A DNA stretch of 64,000 nt, from contig JAPDKC010000027.1 in NCBI GenBank assembly GCA_029258755.1, forward strand, positions 3,435-67,434, written 5' to 3'. Every line of letters starts with the position of its first letter. Positions within the stretch are counted from its first letter, which is position 1. Shown here in pieces: positions 49,113 through 59,100 of this stretch. Under the pieces are notes generated by a model that searched no databases, had not been told where the DNA came from, and saw only the letters and a program-made list of their open reading frames with translations. Source of the DNA: an archaeon (GTDB lineage Archaea; Iainarchaeota; Iainarchaeia; Iainarchaeales; DTGL01). Position numbers and translations under genes: made by a program.

Positions 49113-51530
49113 CTAGCTGAAAGCGCTTAAGCTTGATTGTTTTCCACCTTCAATCAAATCTTCTTCATCATAACCAAATTCACGGATTATCTTTATAACC
49201 GCCGGGATAAGCTGATTCTTTATATAATATTCAGCGTCATAGTTTCCTTCATTCACATATTCTTCAAGCTGGGCCTTATCGCTTATGGTCTTTCCGCACT
49301 TGGTTATAATGTATCCTACTACAGAACCCTCTTCTATTACTTTGCCCCTTTTAATCGCTTTTTTCGCTGCCGCTACATGCGGGCCAACGCTCTCGTACTC
49401 TTCAATAGGCTTCTTTATTTGGGAATAGATAATAAGCTCCTCCTTTTTGGTTTTCCCCTCCCTGAGCTCCTTTATCTTCTGCTTTACGATCTCTATCGCT
49501 TTTTCAGGTTTTCCTTCCTTTAGCACGGCTTCTATAACCTTGCGTTGTGTTTCCTTTGCTATGGGAGCCCAATCCCTACGCACATATTCGAAGCCAACAA
49601 TCTTTAGGTTATCATTATAATCAATGAGCGCATACCTTTTCTTTGCTGCTTGTTCGCCTGTTTTCTTTGTTACAAATATGCCTCTTTTGTAGAAACCTTC
49701 AAGCTCAAGGTTCATAACGCCCGGCAAAATACTGTTTATCCTCTCCACAAATTTTTTTACATCATCCTGCGTTTTGTTTGGAGGTATCTTTATGAATGCA
49801 GAATCCGTGTCGCCATAGATTGTGGTGAAGCCAGCTTTTTCCGCTTCGCGAGCAACCATCTGCACGTATTCCCTGCTCCAAGCGGTAACAGCTGAAGCGC
49901 ATTCGCGGCTGTACCACCTAAATCTTGCATACCCTAATGTTCCATAGAAGGAATTTAAGATTATCTTGAGCGAATGCTGTCTGGCATAGAGAAGGTTGTA
50001 TTCGTGTGTTCCTTTTTTCAGCTCCTTAAGCTTACGCTTAAGAGCGACCCTTTCCTTAAATAGCTTTTCAACCACCGCAGGCAAAAAACCCTTGCGCTTT
50101 GTACAAAACCAGTGTTTAGCGGGGCTAGAATTTTTTTCCTTACATTCTTTATGCTCGCAGTTTACAGTATCAGGGCTTATGTTATGGGAAATAATTATAG
50201 TGGGATGTAAGCTCGTAAAATCCAAGACAGCAATATTTTCGTGTAATCCTGGTAATGGCTCATAGACAAAGCCACCTTGATAGCTCTGCATAAGCCTGGC
50301 TTTAACGTCTTCCTCGCTTGGTTTATTTGGCACCAGAATATCTTTTTTGAAGCTCTCTAGCATGAGCAACGCTTCAACCAATTGCGAGCTAGAGCCGCGG
50401 GATACATCGAATAGGGTATAATGCACAAGCTTTCCAAGCTCGATAAATAGAGGCAAATATTCCTGCACAATTCTGTACGCAACCTCGGAATCTTTCAGAT
50501 TGTAGTCAGCTAATCTTTCCAGCCCTTTGTTGCTGTCCCATATGTCGTTTATTTCCTCAGCCAGTATCTTTTCTTTCTCTTCATCAAGCAGTATGCTGCT
50601 AACACTTTCCAAATCCATTTTAACAAGGTTTATAACACCAAATTTGCTCAGCATTCTCAATACTTGGTATGCGTCCACATGCAACCTGCCCTTTATACGT
50701 GTTGCTTTATCTAAACCTTTCTTTACGCTTTTAGGTTCTGAACCATCTAAGCCTATATCGAACTTTGTGCCAAGCTGTTTTGCACGTTCTTTTAGGTAGG
50801 GTAAATCAAAAGAATCGCCATTATAAGTAATAATAATATCGGGATCTTTTTCCTTAATCTTCTTGACAAGATAATCTATTAGCTCTTTCTCATCAGAAAC
50901 TTTGACAGCGTATTTTTCCTTAATCTCTTTTGTGCATATGACTATTTTTTCCTCATCATCTACATAGGAAACCATTATTATTGGATCTCTTTTCGGATCT
51001 GCAAACCTTCCTCTGGAATACGTTTCTATATCTATGGCTGCCATCTTAAGCTCGAAAGGTTTTTCATCAATCTTCTTTATCTCTTTAAGCTCAAGCTTTT
51101 CTTCATCGTATTTTATTTCATACATGCTTAACGGCTCTAAGTCGCGATCGATAAGATAGCGCTTTGCGAATGGAATATCGTATTCGCGCTTATGCGTAAC
51201 AAATTCTTGAGCGCGTATTTCTTCTCGAGAATCCTTAAGCTCTTTTGTGGAATTAAAAAAGAGCTTTAATGTGCTTGCAGGCTCATCCTTCGGTGTAAGC
51301 TTTTTTTTCACAATTTCAATTCGCTTTATCTTTACTCCATTAAATTCCCTTTCAGCAAGCTTCTTTGCAGCCTCTTCAGGCGGTATATTTACGGTTACGT
51401 AAAAGTACGGCTCAAAGCTTGGGTCTTTCAGTATAAGCTTTCCTTCTGGCGTTTTGAAAAATAATCTGATTATAGAACGTTCCTCGCGCAGATAATCAGC
51501 ATCTAAAAGCATCGCTTTTGTTCTTTTCAT
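49113..51530 (-). CDS. polB: Family B DNA polymerase
   Basis: 805 aa. Exo I AAIDIET, Exo II YNGDSFDLPY, Exo III YNLKDSEVAY. Pol A DFTSLHPTII. Pol C YGDTDS. No intein. Confidence 0.92.
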   Translation of the reverse strand: MKRTKAMLLDADYLREERSIIRLFFKTPEGKLILKDPSFEPYFYVTVNIPPEEAAKKLAEREFNGVKIKRIEIVKKKLTPKDEPASTLKLFFNSTKELKDSREEIRAQEFVTHKREYDIPFAKRYLIDRDLEPLSMYEIKYDEEKLELKEIKKIDEKPFELKMAAIDIETYSRGRFADPKRDPIIMVSYVDDEEKIVICTKEIKEKYAVKVSDEKELIDYLVKKIKEKDPDIIITYNGDSFDLPYLKERAKQLGTKFDIGLDGSEPKSVKKGLDKATRIKGRLHVDAYQVLRMLSKFGVINLVKMDLESVSSILLDEEKEKILAEEINDIWDSNKGLERLADYNLKDSEVAYRIVQEYLPLFIELGKLVHYTLFDVSRGSSSQLVEALLMLESFKKDILVPNKPSEEDVKARLMQSYQGGFVYEPLPGLHENIAVLDFTSLHPTIIISHNISPDTVNCEHKECKEKNSSPAKHWFCTKRKGFLPAVVEKLFKERVALKRKLKELKKGTHEYNLLYARQHSLKIILNSFYGTLGYARFRWYSRECASAVTAWSREYVQMVAREAEKAGFTTIYGDTDSAFIKIPPNKTQDDVKKFVERINSILPGVMNLELEGFYKRGIFVTKKTGEQAAKKRYALIDYNDNLKIVGFEYVRRDWAPIAKETQRKVIEAVLKEGKPEKAIEIVKQKIKELREGKTKKEELIIYSQIKKPIEEYESVGPHVAAAKKAIKRGKVIEEGSVVGYIITKCGKTISDKAQLEEYVNEGNYDAEYYIKNQLIPAVIKIIREFGYDEEDLIEGGKQSSLSAFS

Positions 51531-51606
51531 TTTTAATCCTCACTTATAAAACTGTGCCACTAAACATTTAAATATTTGAACACTATTTTTATATGGTTGA
51601 TTTGTA

Positions 51607-52062
51607 ATGGTTGATAGAGAATCTCGAATAAGAGAAAAACCTGTAAAAGCATCAATTCTGCTTCTACAGCTTAGGGAAGATATAAGGGCTTTAAATAGCG
51701 CTATCTCCATAATATCGCAAAAGATGAGGCATCTAACAAGAAACGAGAAGATTTTAGGCAGGAATCTAATTGTGCTGAATAAGAAGGTTAAAGAGCTTGC
51801 CGAGATGAGGGAAAAACAAGCGCTTCCTCCAAGCGTTGAGAAAAGATTTAAAGAGATAGAAAAAAGGCTAGATGATATAGAAAAGCGCATAGAAGAGCTC
51901 AACATGATAATAGTGCATTTAAGAAAGGAGTTTGTGACCTATGATGAGATGAAGGAGATAAGGCAGATAATAGATTCCATAAATCCATTAGAACTTGCAA
52001 CTATTGATCAGGTTAAGGAGCTCATTGAAAAAAGCAAAAGAACAGATCAGCCAACACTCTGA
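51607..52062 (+). CDS. Coiled-coil hypothetical protein
   Basis: 151 aa K/E-rich helical ORF. The antisense ORF 51540..51905 is Ser/Leu low-complexity and rejected. Confidence 0.45.
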   Translation: MVDRESRIREKPVKASILLLQLREDIRALNSAISIISQKMRHLTRNEKILGRNLIVLNKKVKELAEMREKQALPPSVEKRFKEIEKRLDDIEKRIEELNMIIVHLRKEFVTYDEMKEIRQIIDSINPLELATIDQVKELIEKSKRTDQPTL

Positions 52063-53576
52063 TTTTTCTCAGCCGAACAACAATTACTTAAACCAGGCCT
52101 TAGCAGTGCTCTATAATTTTTTCTCTTCTCAATCACTATTCCAACATCGTTTTTGGCTATTACACCAATGTATGATATTAAGATTCTTTTTATTTCATCG
52201 TGTATGTTTATTCTGTCTTCAGCCTCTATCGCTAAGCCAAACCCATAGTTTCTTAGTAGGGACAGATCTAAAGCAACAATCTCATTAACACGTTTTGTTT
52301 TGAATTTTGGAATAAGTTCGTTTCCGTGGGTGAATATGAGCATGCCCTTGAGCTTATCGCTTTTGCCTTGCTGTTTCAGATGATAATATATTGCTCTTAT
52401 TGCTGTTTGCAATATCAGCAAATTTTTTCTCATATCTTCACGAGAAAATACAAGGATACTTGCCTTGCCAAGACCTCTTGCCCAGGGCTTTACCATTTCC
52501 TCGACAGGTATTTCGCCGGAGAAGAGATCTGGGTAAACATCGTTTATAACCTCAACAATACGCTGCGCCTCTCTTTTCTTAAATGGTGTTATCTTGGCAC
52601 TTTCTTCAACCTTGGATATATTTTCTAAAAGCTCTCGAATACTTCTACTTGGGCCGAATTTAAATGCTTCAGCTATAACTTGGGCAGCCACATTTTTCCC
52701 TATGCCAAATAGCTCGACAAACGTTTGCGCATCTATCAAATTAATTTGCGCTTTAAAATCCTCGCCAGCTTTAAATATTTTAATAGGAAATCCTATGGGC
52801 TCAAGCTTTACCTTATACTTTTCTAACTCCTTTTCGTTTTCGTTTGGATGGTGTAAGCCGTTAAATGCATTATCCCAATCGATAATAATGACAGGAAGCC
52901 CCGCAAGCATAGCGCTTTCTGCAATTATGTGCAATACATGAAACCTATCCTTTGCCTCTCCTCCAAAAACTATAACCCTATCGAAAAAGTCAAGGGGTTC
53001 TTTAGCAACGGTGCCCTGTTTAGTTAAGCCGAAATGAATCTCGCCATGGGAGATCTCAACTAAAGTGCTTTCACCCCTTCTTTTTATAATGGGCATTGCA
53101 AGGATGTTTATAAGGGGCAGGGAGAAGAAAGCAGCTTTTTCTTCATCGGAGCAGTTTTCAATCTCAATCAAATCTATATCGTATGCTGTGCTTACATCCT
53201 GAAGCAAATTTGAGAATGAAACAATCTTAGCGATGAGCGCCTCTACTCTTATGTTAAACTCCTTGTTCAACGGCACATATACAGGACCGCTATCTATCAG
53301 CAGAAACTTATGTGTTTTTTCCTCAGAATGAATGACCAAAGCCATGGCTTTTTTTGGAAGTGTTTCTACAAAGGCGGACAATTTGCCTTTGGCGTAAAAT
53401 ATCTTAAACAATTCTACAACAGCCCCTACGGTTTTACCTTTTGAATTTTTTTCATATATTAGCGAAAGCATCATGCTTTCGGGATTTGTATAGATTTCGC
53501 TTTCAAATCCTTCCACAATTCCCTTGAATATTTTTGTCCAAGGGCCATGAGTTAAGTTTGGTTCCATAATCTTCAC
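52047..53576 (-). CDS. Hypothetical protein (509 aa)
   Basis: Long ORF. No clear Walker A or other diagnostic motif found by eye. Confidence 0.5.
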   Translation of the reverse strand: MKIMEPNLTHGPWTKIFKGIVEGFESEIYTNPESMMLSLIYEKNSKGKTVGAVVELFKIFYAKGKLSAFVETLPKKAMALVIHSEEKTHKFLLIDSGPVYVPLNKEFNIRVEALIAKIVSFSNLLQDVSTAYDIDLIEIENCSDEEKAAFFSLPLINILAMPIIKRRGESTLVEISHGEIHFGLTKQGTVAKEPLDFFDRVIVFGGEAKDRFHVLHIIAESAMLAGLPVIIIDWDNAFNGLHHPNENEKELEKYKVKLEPIGFPIKIFKAGEDFKAQINLIDAQTFVELFGIGKNVAAQVIAEAFKFGPSRSIRELLENISKVEESAKITPFKKREAQRIVEVINDVYPDLFSGEIPVEEMVKPWARGLGKASILVFSREDMRKNLLILQTAIRAIYYHLKQQGKSDKLKGMLIFTHGNELIPKFKTKRVNEIVALDLSLLRNYGFGLAIEAEDRINIHDEIKRILISYIGVIAKNDVGIVIEKRKNYRALLRPGLSNCCSAEKNQSVG

Positions 53577-53731
53577 TTGCTATAAATAGGAGAACTCCAC
53601 AAAATTTAAACTTATCTTCAGAAGTTTAGCGAGCAAGCCAGAAAAGGGGTAAAGAAGGGCAAGCATTGAAGGAAGAATAATTTTTATATAAGGTAATGTT
53701 ATATTTATTTTAGCATTTTTTGGGTGTTTAG

Positions 53732-54340
53732 ATGGAAGAAAGCGTTATAATAGATACTATAAAAAAGATGAAGAGCTCCGGATTAGAGGACGAAATAATA
53801 ATAAGCACGCTAGAGGACATAGGCATAACGGGGGAAAAAGCGAGACAACTCCTGCAGAAAGCACTTGGGGTTCCGCAAGCGGAAACAGCTTCTGAAGAAA
53901 AAGCTGCGGGTGAAGCTAAGCCATTGGAAGAAAAGCCGGAAGCAGAACTTGCCGAAGCAATAAAGCAAATAAAAGAAATGCCGACAGAGAAAATAGTTGA
54001 AAAGCCGGAGCATGAAATTATTGCGGAAAAAACTGCTGAGAAGGTGAAGGAACATCTTGATGAAACAAAGCTTGAGCATGATTTGCATCACACTACAATG
54101 CATACGGCTTTGGCTCAGCAAACAGCAATGCTTGAAGAGATCCATAAGAGTTTGAAGGAAGGAAAGGAAGCAAAAGTTTCTGCACCAAAAACTTTAGAAG
54201 AGAGAATAGTTCAGATGCAAGTCGATATTGAAAAAATAAAAGAGGATTTAGCCGAAGCAAAGGCCGCAGCAGTAGCTACAAAAGAGCTTATGAATAAGGT
54301 CCTTGAGGTATGCAGAAAGATATTGCTGCGTTTGCCATAG
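53732..54340 (+). CDS. Acidic coiled-coil hypothetical protein
   Basis: 202 aa E/K/A-rich helical ORF, divergent from the small membrane-protein gene cluster. Confidence 0.45.
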   Translation: MEESVIIDTIKKMKSSGLEDEIIISTLEDIGITGEKARQLLQKALGVPQAETASEEKAAGEAKPLEEKPEAELAEAIKQIKEMPTEKIVEKPEHEIIAEKTAEKVKEHLDETKLEHDLHHTTMHTALAQQTAMLEEIHKSLKEGKEAKVSAPKTLEERIVQMQVDIEKIKEDLAEAKAAAVATKELMNKVLEVCRKILLRLP

Positions 54341-54343
54341 TGC

Positions 54344-54763
54344 CTATTTAAACAGCCCTAAAAACTTGTTTATAAAGTTTTTAGTGCTTTTTCCAAGTTT
54401 TGCCCTAAATTCTTTTGAGGTCTCTCCGGAGCTCCAAGCACCATATTCATCGAATACGGCTTCACCTGTTTTTCTCCCAACTTCTTTAAGTGTTTCAGAT
54501 AAGACCCCTTCAGGAAAGCTTGTCTGAGCTTCGGAAACCTTTTTTAGCTCACTTTTAGCAACTTTTGCTCCTGCCCTTGCCATTCTTTTAGTTGTCGAAA
54601 ATGTCTTGGTTATTAGTTTTGCAAGTAAATAAACAAATGCTGAAAATAGGAAAATGAAAGAAAAAAAGAGTTGTCTTGTTAGAAACGCAAAAATTGCTAA
54701 GAATAAAAGGAAAATGAAGGTAGCAAATGTTGCGCTAAAGCCCTTCTCCGCCAAGCAAACCAC
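54344..54763 (-). CDS. Small membrane protein with prepilin-like N-terminus (AEKG followed by a ~22-residue hydrophobic stretch)
   Basis: 139 aa. N-terminus MVCLAEKG|FSATFATFIFLLFLAIFAFL. Soluble C-terminal domain. Confidence 0.45.
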   Translation of the reverse strand: MVCLAEKGFSATFATFIFLLFLAIFAFLTRQLFFSFIFLFSAFVYLLAKLITKTFSTTKRMARAGAKVAKSELKKVSEAQTSFPEGVLSETLKEVGRKTGEAVFDEYGAWSSGETSKEFRAKLGKSTKNFINKFLGLFK

Positions 54764-55055
54764 CTAAGCCACCCATGTCAGGTCCGTAGTATTCTGGCTG
54801 TGTTTTTTCTTTACTTCCAAGTAAAAGAGCGAGTATAACAAGCCCCATCGCCAGGAGGGGCCAAACATCTTTCATTAAATCTCTAGTAAGATACATCCCT
54901 ACGAGCGCTAGAATCATAACAAGCGTTGTTGAAAGAGACCTTGTGGTTAGCATTACAATAACCACAGTGCCAAGCACTAACCAGTTCTGATCAAATTGAA
55001 CAAACAGCATCATAAGGATTAAAGCCATTGTGAGCGTTAACGTATCCATGACCAA
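54735..55055 (-). CDS. Small membrane protein
   Basis: 106 aa. 3 TM helices. Gly-rich C-terminal tail. Confidence 0.4.
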   Translation of the reverse strand: MVMDTLTLTMALILMMLFVQFDQNWLVLGTVVIVMLTTRSLSTTLVMILALVGMYLTRDLMKDVWPLLAMGLVILALLLGSKEKTQPEYYGPDMGGLGGLLGGEGL

Positions 55056-55058
55056 TCA

Positions 55059-55322
55059 CTAATCTTTTAAGCGTTCAGGTTTTTTTGCTCCTATGGGTAT
55101 TTTTTCAAACATACCGCTAAAGAATGTTGCTATTAGGAAGAGTATAACCGGAACCCATATAAGAAAAGGATATCTAAAAAATGTTAGATAGACAACAATT
55201 ACTGCAAACAGAGCAGCAATTATAGCAGAACCCAGCTGTTTTTTTGCCCAAGCGTAAAGCCATACTAAGTATATAAGTCCTAAAACAGCACCTATATCCT
55301 CTAATACACCCAAGTGGCACAC
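55059..55322 (-). CDS. Small membrane protein
   Basis: 87 aa, 2-3 TM helices. Confidence 0.4.
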   Translation of the reverse strand: MCHLGVLEDIGAVLGLIYLVWLYAWAKKQLGSAIIAALFAVIVVYLTFFRYPFLIWVPVILFLIATFFSGMFEKIPIGAKKPERLKD

Positions 55323-55362
55323 CCATTTAATTTATTGTTGTACAGGAAATAAAACCCTTTCC

Positions 55363-55683
55363 TTAATGGCCAACACGCGTGCTTATGCCCCATATTATCA
55401 CTGAAAAGAAATTAAACGCTAAGAGTACGTAGAAAAATACGTAAAGAGAAGCGGTTATATAAGCGTGCTTTATTACAAGCAGATATATCAAGGCGGCACT
55501 TATTATTACAGTTAAAGCATTTGAGCCGATATGTGCTCTAACAGTAGCAAAAATCATAATGGCCAGAAACACCCTCATCAAAAGATCGGCCGCAGGAAAT
55601 AGCTTCATTACTAAAGGAGGCAGAACCGCAAGAATAGCAAACGCCAATAGAATAAAAACTACAAAAAACCCTCTGGAATTCAT
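55363..55683 (-). CDS. Small membrane protein with class III (prepilin-like) signal-peptide-like N-terminus
   Basis: 106 aa. MNSRG|FFVVFILLAFAILAVL fits the archaeal PibD substrate pattern (basic residue, Gly, then hydrophobic helix). Confidence 0.45.
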   Translation of the reverse strand: MNSRGFFVVFILLAFAILAVLPPLVMKLFPAADLLMRVFLAIMIFATVRAHIGSNALTVIISAALIYLLVIKHAYITASLYVFFYVLLAFNFFSVIIWGISTRVGH

Positions 55684-56069
55684 CTCGGCATCCGCCTCCG
55701 TATTCCGCCAACAATCTTCCTTGCTCTCTGAAGCTGTTGCTGCCTCATCGCGAGATCTATTGCTGAATCAACAGGTTTTGCTTCCGAGCCACCACGCATG
55801 CTTGTTACAAAGAAGAAATCCACAAGAAGACCGCTGATACCCATCATGAGGAGAAAATAAAGTATGTACAGACCTCCAAAAAATTGCCAGTAATCAAACA
55901 ATATAAACCAAGATAGGCCAACAATAAGAACCATGGCCAGCGGGGTATTTCCTACGTGATTCCAAACAAAACTTATTATGGAAAGCAAGACAAATATCTT
56001 TAGAGCGAGCATTAAATCCGCGAAGGTTTCAGTCAAGGAAAACATTGCAAATGTGGGCAAGAGCAACAT
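55680..56069 (-). CDS. Small membrane protein
   Basis: 129 aa. 3-4 TM helices. Basic C-terminal tail. Confidence 0.45.
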   Translation of the reverse strand: MLLLPTFAMFSLTETFADLMLALKIFVLLSIISFVWNHVGNTPLAMVLIVGLSWFILFDYWQFFGGLYILYFLLMMGISGLLVDFFFVTSMRGGSEAKPVDSAIDLAMRQQQLQRARKIVGGIRRRMPR

Positions 56070-56122
56070 AGTGAACCAATAAAATTAGGCGTAAGTTATT
56101 TAAATTCGTTTTCTTTCGAACA

Positions 56123-59100
56123 TCAGCTGCCATAGCTAATGCATTTATCCTTAAGCGACTTTTCAAACTCTTTAATGCTAAGAACGGATCCTTTTGTTTC
56201 CAAAAGCCACTTTGGATTCCACCAGAACGTTGTTTTGCCTCCAGAGCTTGTTACGCAAACCTTTTCATCCTCCACAAGCTTTAACACATCAGCTATTGAC
56301 CTAACTGTTTCTTTTTGCAGACCACTCAATTCAGCAACATCCAATTCTGCAGAGTTCGGTGTCAGGAAGCGGACATTATCGCTCATCGCTTTTATCGCAT
56401 AGGAATCTCCCGAAGGAACGAATATTATAGAGCTGAGATAAACATCGCCGCTGTATTGGGCAGAGTCCCATAATAACCCATAGGTAGTATCTGAAAGCTT
56501 TTCGTCTGGATAATAAGAAAAGGCTTCAATTACTGGCACACCACTAAAATCTAGGCACTGGCCCAAACCGTTCCAATAGGCTATAGAGGCTGTTGGAGCT
56601 ATCGGCGTATCGCCAGTAAGTAATGCGTATTCTGCTTTAACTTTTTTGCCTTTCTCTCCACGAACTTTTATTATTATTGGTGTTGCGATGTTCGAGGAGA
56701 ATCTCAACATGCTCTTATTTCCTATAAGCTCCAATTCTAGTATGTTGCCTCGTGTTGCAGGGCTTCCGTTAATATAAGCCAAGCTTTCTTCTTTAATGGT
56801 TTCCATCGTGATAACAGGATTGGCTGCAGTTATCGTTTCAGTTTTTATTTCTCCAAATTCGGATGTTATAACGATTTCTTCATTCTGATTTACATAATTG
56901 CTTCCGTAACCTTGCCTGCCGTTATCTGATTCTAAGCCTACATAGCCATCAATAGGCCAATAATAGAATATGGAGTTGGGATATGGGTCAGAAAGCTTAC
57001 TGAACAATACTTCTATTTTTGCGTTGGGTTTTCCTTCTTTAAAGAGCCTAAATGAGTCGTTAAAATCTATGTTTAAGAAGACCTCATAGGTTCCAGGACC
57101 TGAAAGTAGGGAAGACCCTGTATGCTTGTCCATAAATTTCAACCTGTCTTGGCTGGCGAAATAAACATACAAACCATCGCTATTCGTAAACCAATCAGGA
57201 ACCTTGAAAAATGTCTGCTTGGCATAATACTCTGCAAAGTCCTTCCTAAAGTCGGCGGAATAACCATCTTTTATTAAAAGAGCTTTGAACTCTATGAGCC
57301 TTTTGAGGAAATCAATCTTCTCCTGTACCGTAGAACCAGGCCACCATTCGGGCCATTCGAGCTCTTCAACGTTTATATAGTCCTGCCAGTTCGGTATGCT
57401 TCTATCGATGAAATACATAAGAGCAGGCCTGCCTTCAATAATTCTTGTGGAGTACGGGAGCCAGCACGCAGCTTTGCTTTCAGCAAACATAAACGCTATT
57501 GCAACGGAACTTGTATCAACTACTTCGGATGATTCAGGTTCAGCTATAAGAGCACTTGCTATATAGGGCGTGGAACTTTTCACAAGATTTGTAAACTCGC
57601 AGTTAATCGAGGTGTTGCTATCTTCATCTACAGTAATCTCTTTAAGGCATTCTTCTGTGTATACCTCGCCGCTTTTCAGGGCAATCCTCACCTTGACATT
57701 CTGTTCATCAGATGTTTTGTTTTCTACAAACACCTTTATATTAACACTGCTTGCATCTTCATTTAGCGCATATTCAATCTTACTTAAACCAATCTTTCCT
57801 TCCTCAACACTGTGCACAGCTTTTTCATTAAATCTTTCTACAAATCCGTTTATCGCATTTTCATAAGGATTTGTAGGACAATCCAGATGATAGTTGTTTG
57901 CCCTGAAGAACTCATCAAGCATATGTAAACGTTTGCTTAAAGCAATGCTAAACTGTGTTGCATCACAATAAATCCCTTTGTTGTTATCAGCATCACAGCT
58001 GTTCCATTCTATTGCTTGCCAGCTCCAGTCAAGTTTTATTTTTGGTAGAGCTTTTTCTCCAGTAATGCCTATTCTTGTACCAGAAACACAAGTGTAAGCA
58101 TCGCTAAGCTCAGGCATCTCTATATCCAGCACCTGCTTGGTGTTAAACTTCAGATGGAACTTTTGTGTATATATTCGTGTTTCTGTATCTGGCACATTAA
58201 AATTGCTAAAATCTGCTTTATCGCGAGACATTCTTGCTTCTTTATGCAATGGATCGCCATGTATGTGCTCAATCGCCTTTATCTCTAAAATTCCATACTT
58301 TGGTTCTATATATTCTTCCTGTGTGCTGTTTTTGAACTCTATCGGAATTGTTTGAGAATTATCTGAATATGTAGTTGTTTCCTCTCCAGAGCCTAGTTTA
58401 ACTAAAAATGGAACATACTTAAGCTCTAAACTTTTCAAATCCTCAGGTAGGTAAATTACATAATCCTGAAATGGGAACGTAGCTTGCGTTGTATCACAAG
58501 CAGGCCCAGCTGTTGCTATGCTCCAAATAACAAAAGCAGTTATTATGGTTACTCCAATCGCTATGCATGGCGGACCGCAAGTGAAAGATCCTATAGTAAA
58601 CTCCAAAGAAAGTTTTGTGGCTATGTCTAACACAGCATTATAGAATGTCGGAGCTCCCAATACGGCGTTTAGTAACAAGCTAGGATTATCTATTGCGCTT
58701 TTAGGTCCAACAGATTGTTCTAGAGCTTTGTTTAGTATGCAATATGCAGGGAGTTTCTTAGGATTCTTACATTTTGTGCATAGAGTAGAGGTTATTTGTA
58801 TAGTTTCCAAGAGCATCTTGTTTTTGAGTTCTGTCGAATCCTGCCAATTAGCTTCCTTACTAAGCGTAAACTCGTATCTTTTAAGCTCAAAGTAGGCTGT
58901 TTCTTTAGGTCTTATAAGTACATCAATGGTATCTATCTTCCTATAGCTTGTTTGTGGTGTTCTCGCATGCAGGGTCATTCCATACAATCCAGGAATCTCT
59001 TCGCGGTAGATAGTAACAGTTTCTTTGGGATTGTTCCGAGTAAGTTTCAACTCATCCTTGGGTAAGAAAGTGATACCGCCTTCTTTGGTACCTCCTGTGC

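Noticed and set aside
52047-53576. Possibility that the 509-aa protein next to polB is a HerA/FtsK/VirB-type ATPase or pilus-assembly ATPase for the downstream membrane cluster.
   Set aside because: No convincing Walker A (GxxxxGK[ST]) or Walker B motif by eye. Left as hypothetical.
53810-54145. Antisense ORFs inside the acidic coiled-coil gene (53810..54145), the coiled-coil gene (51540..51905), and many 60-130-aa antisense ORFs inside rpo/EF/cdc48/giant-protein genes.
   Set aside because: Ser/Leu/Phe/Cys-rich translations are the usual mirror image of Lys/Glu-rich sense strands. Every case is nested in a longer, clearly homologous gene.
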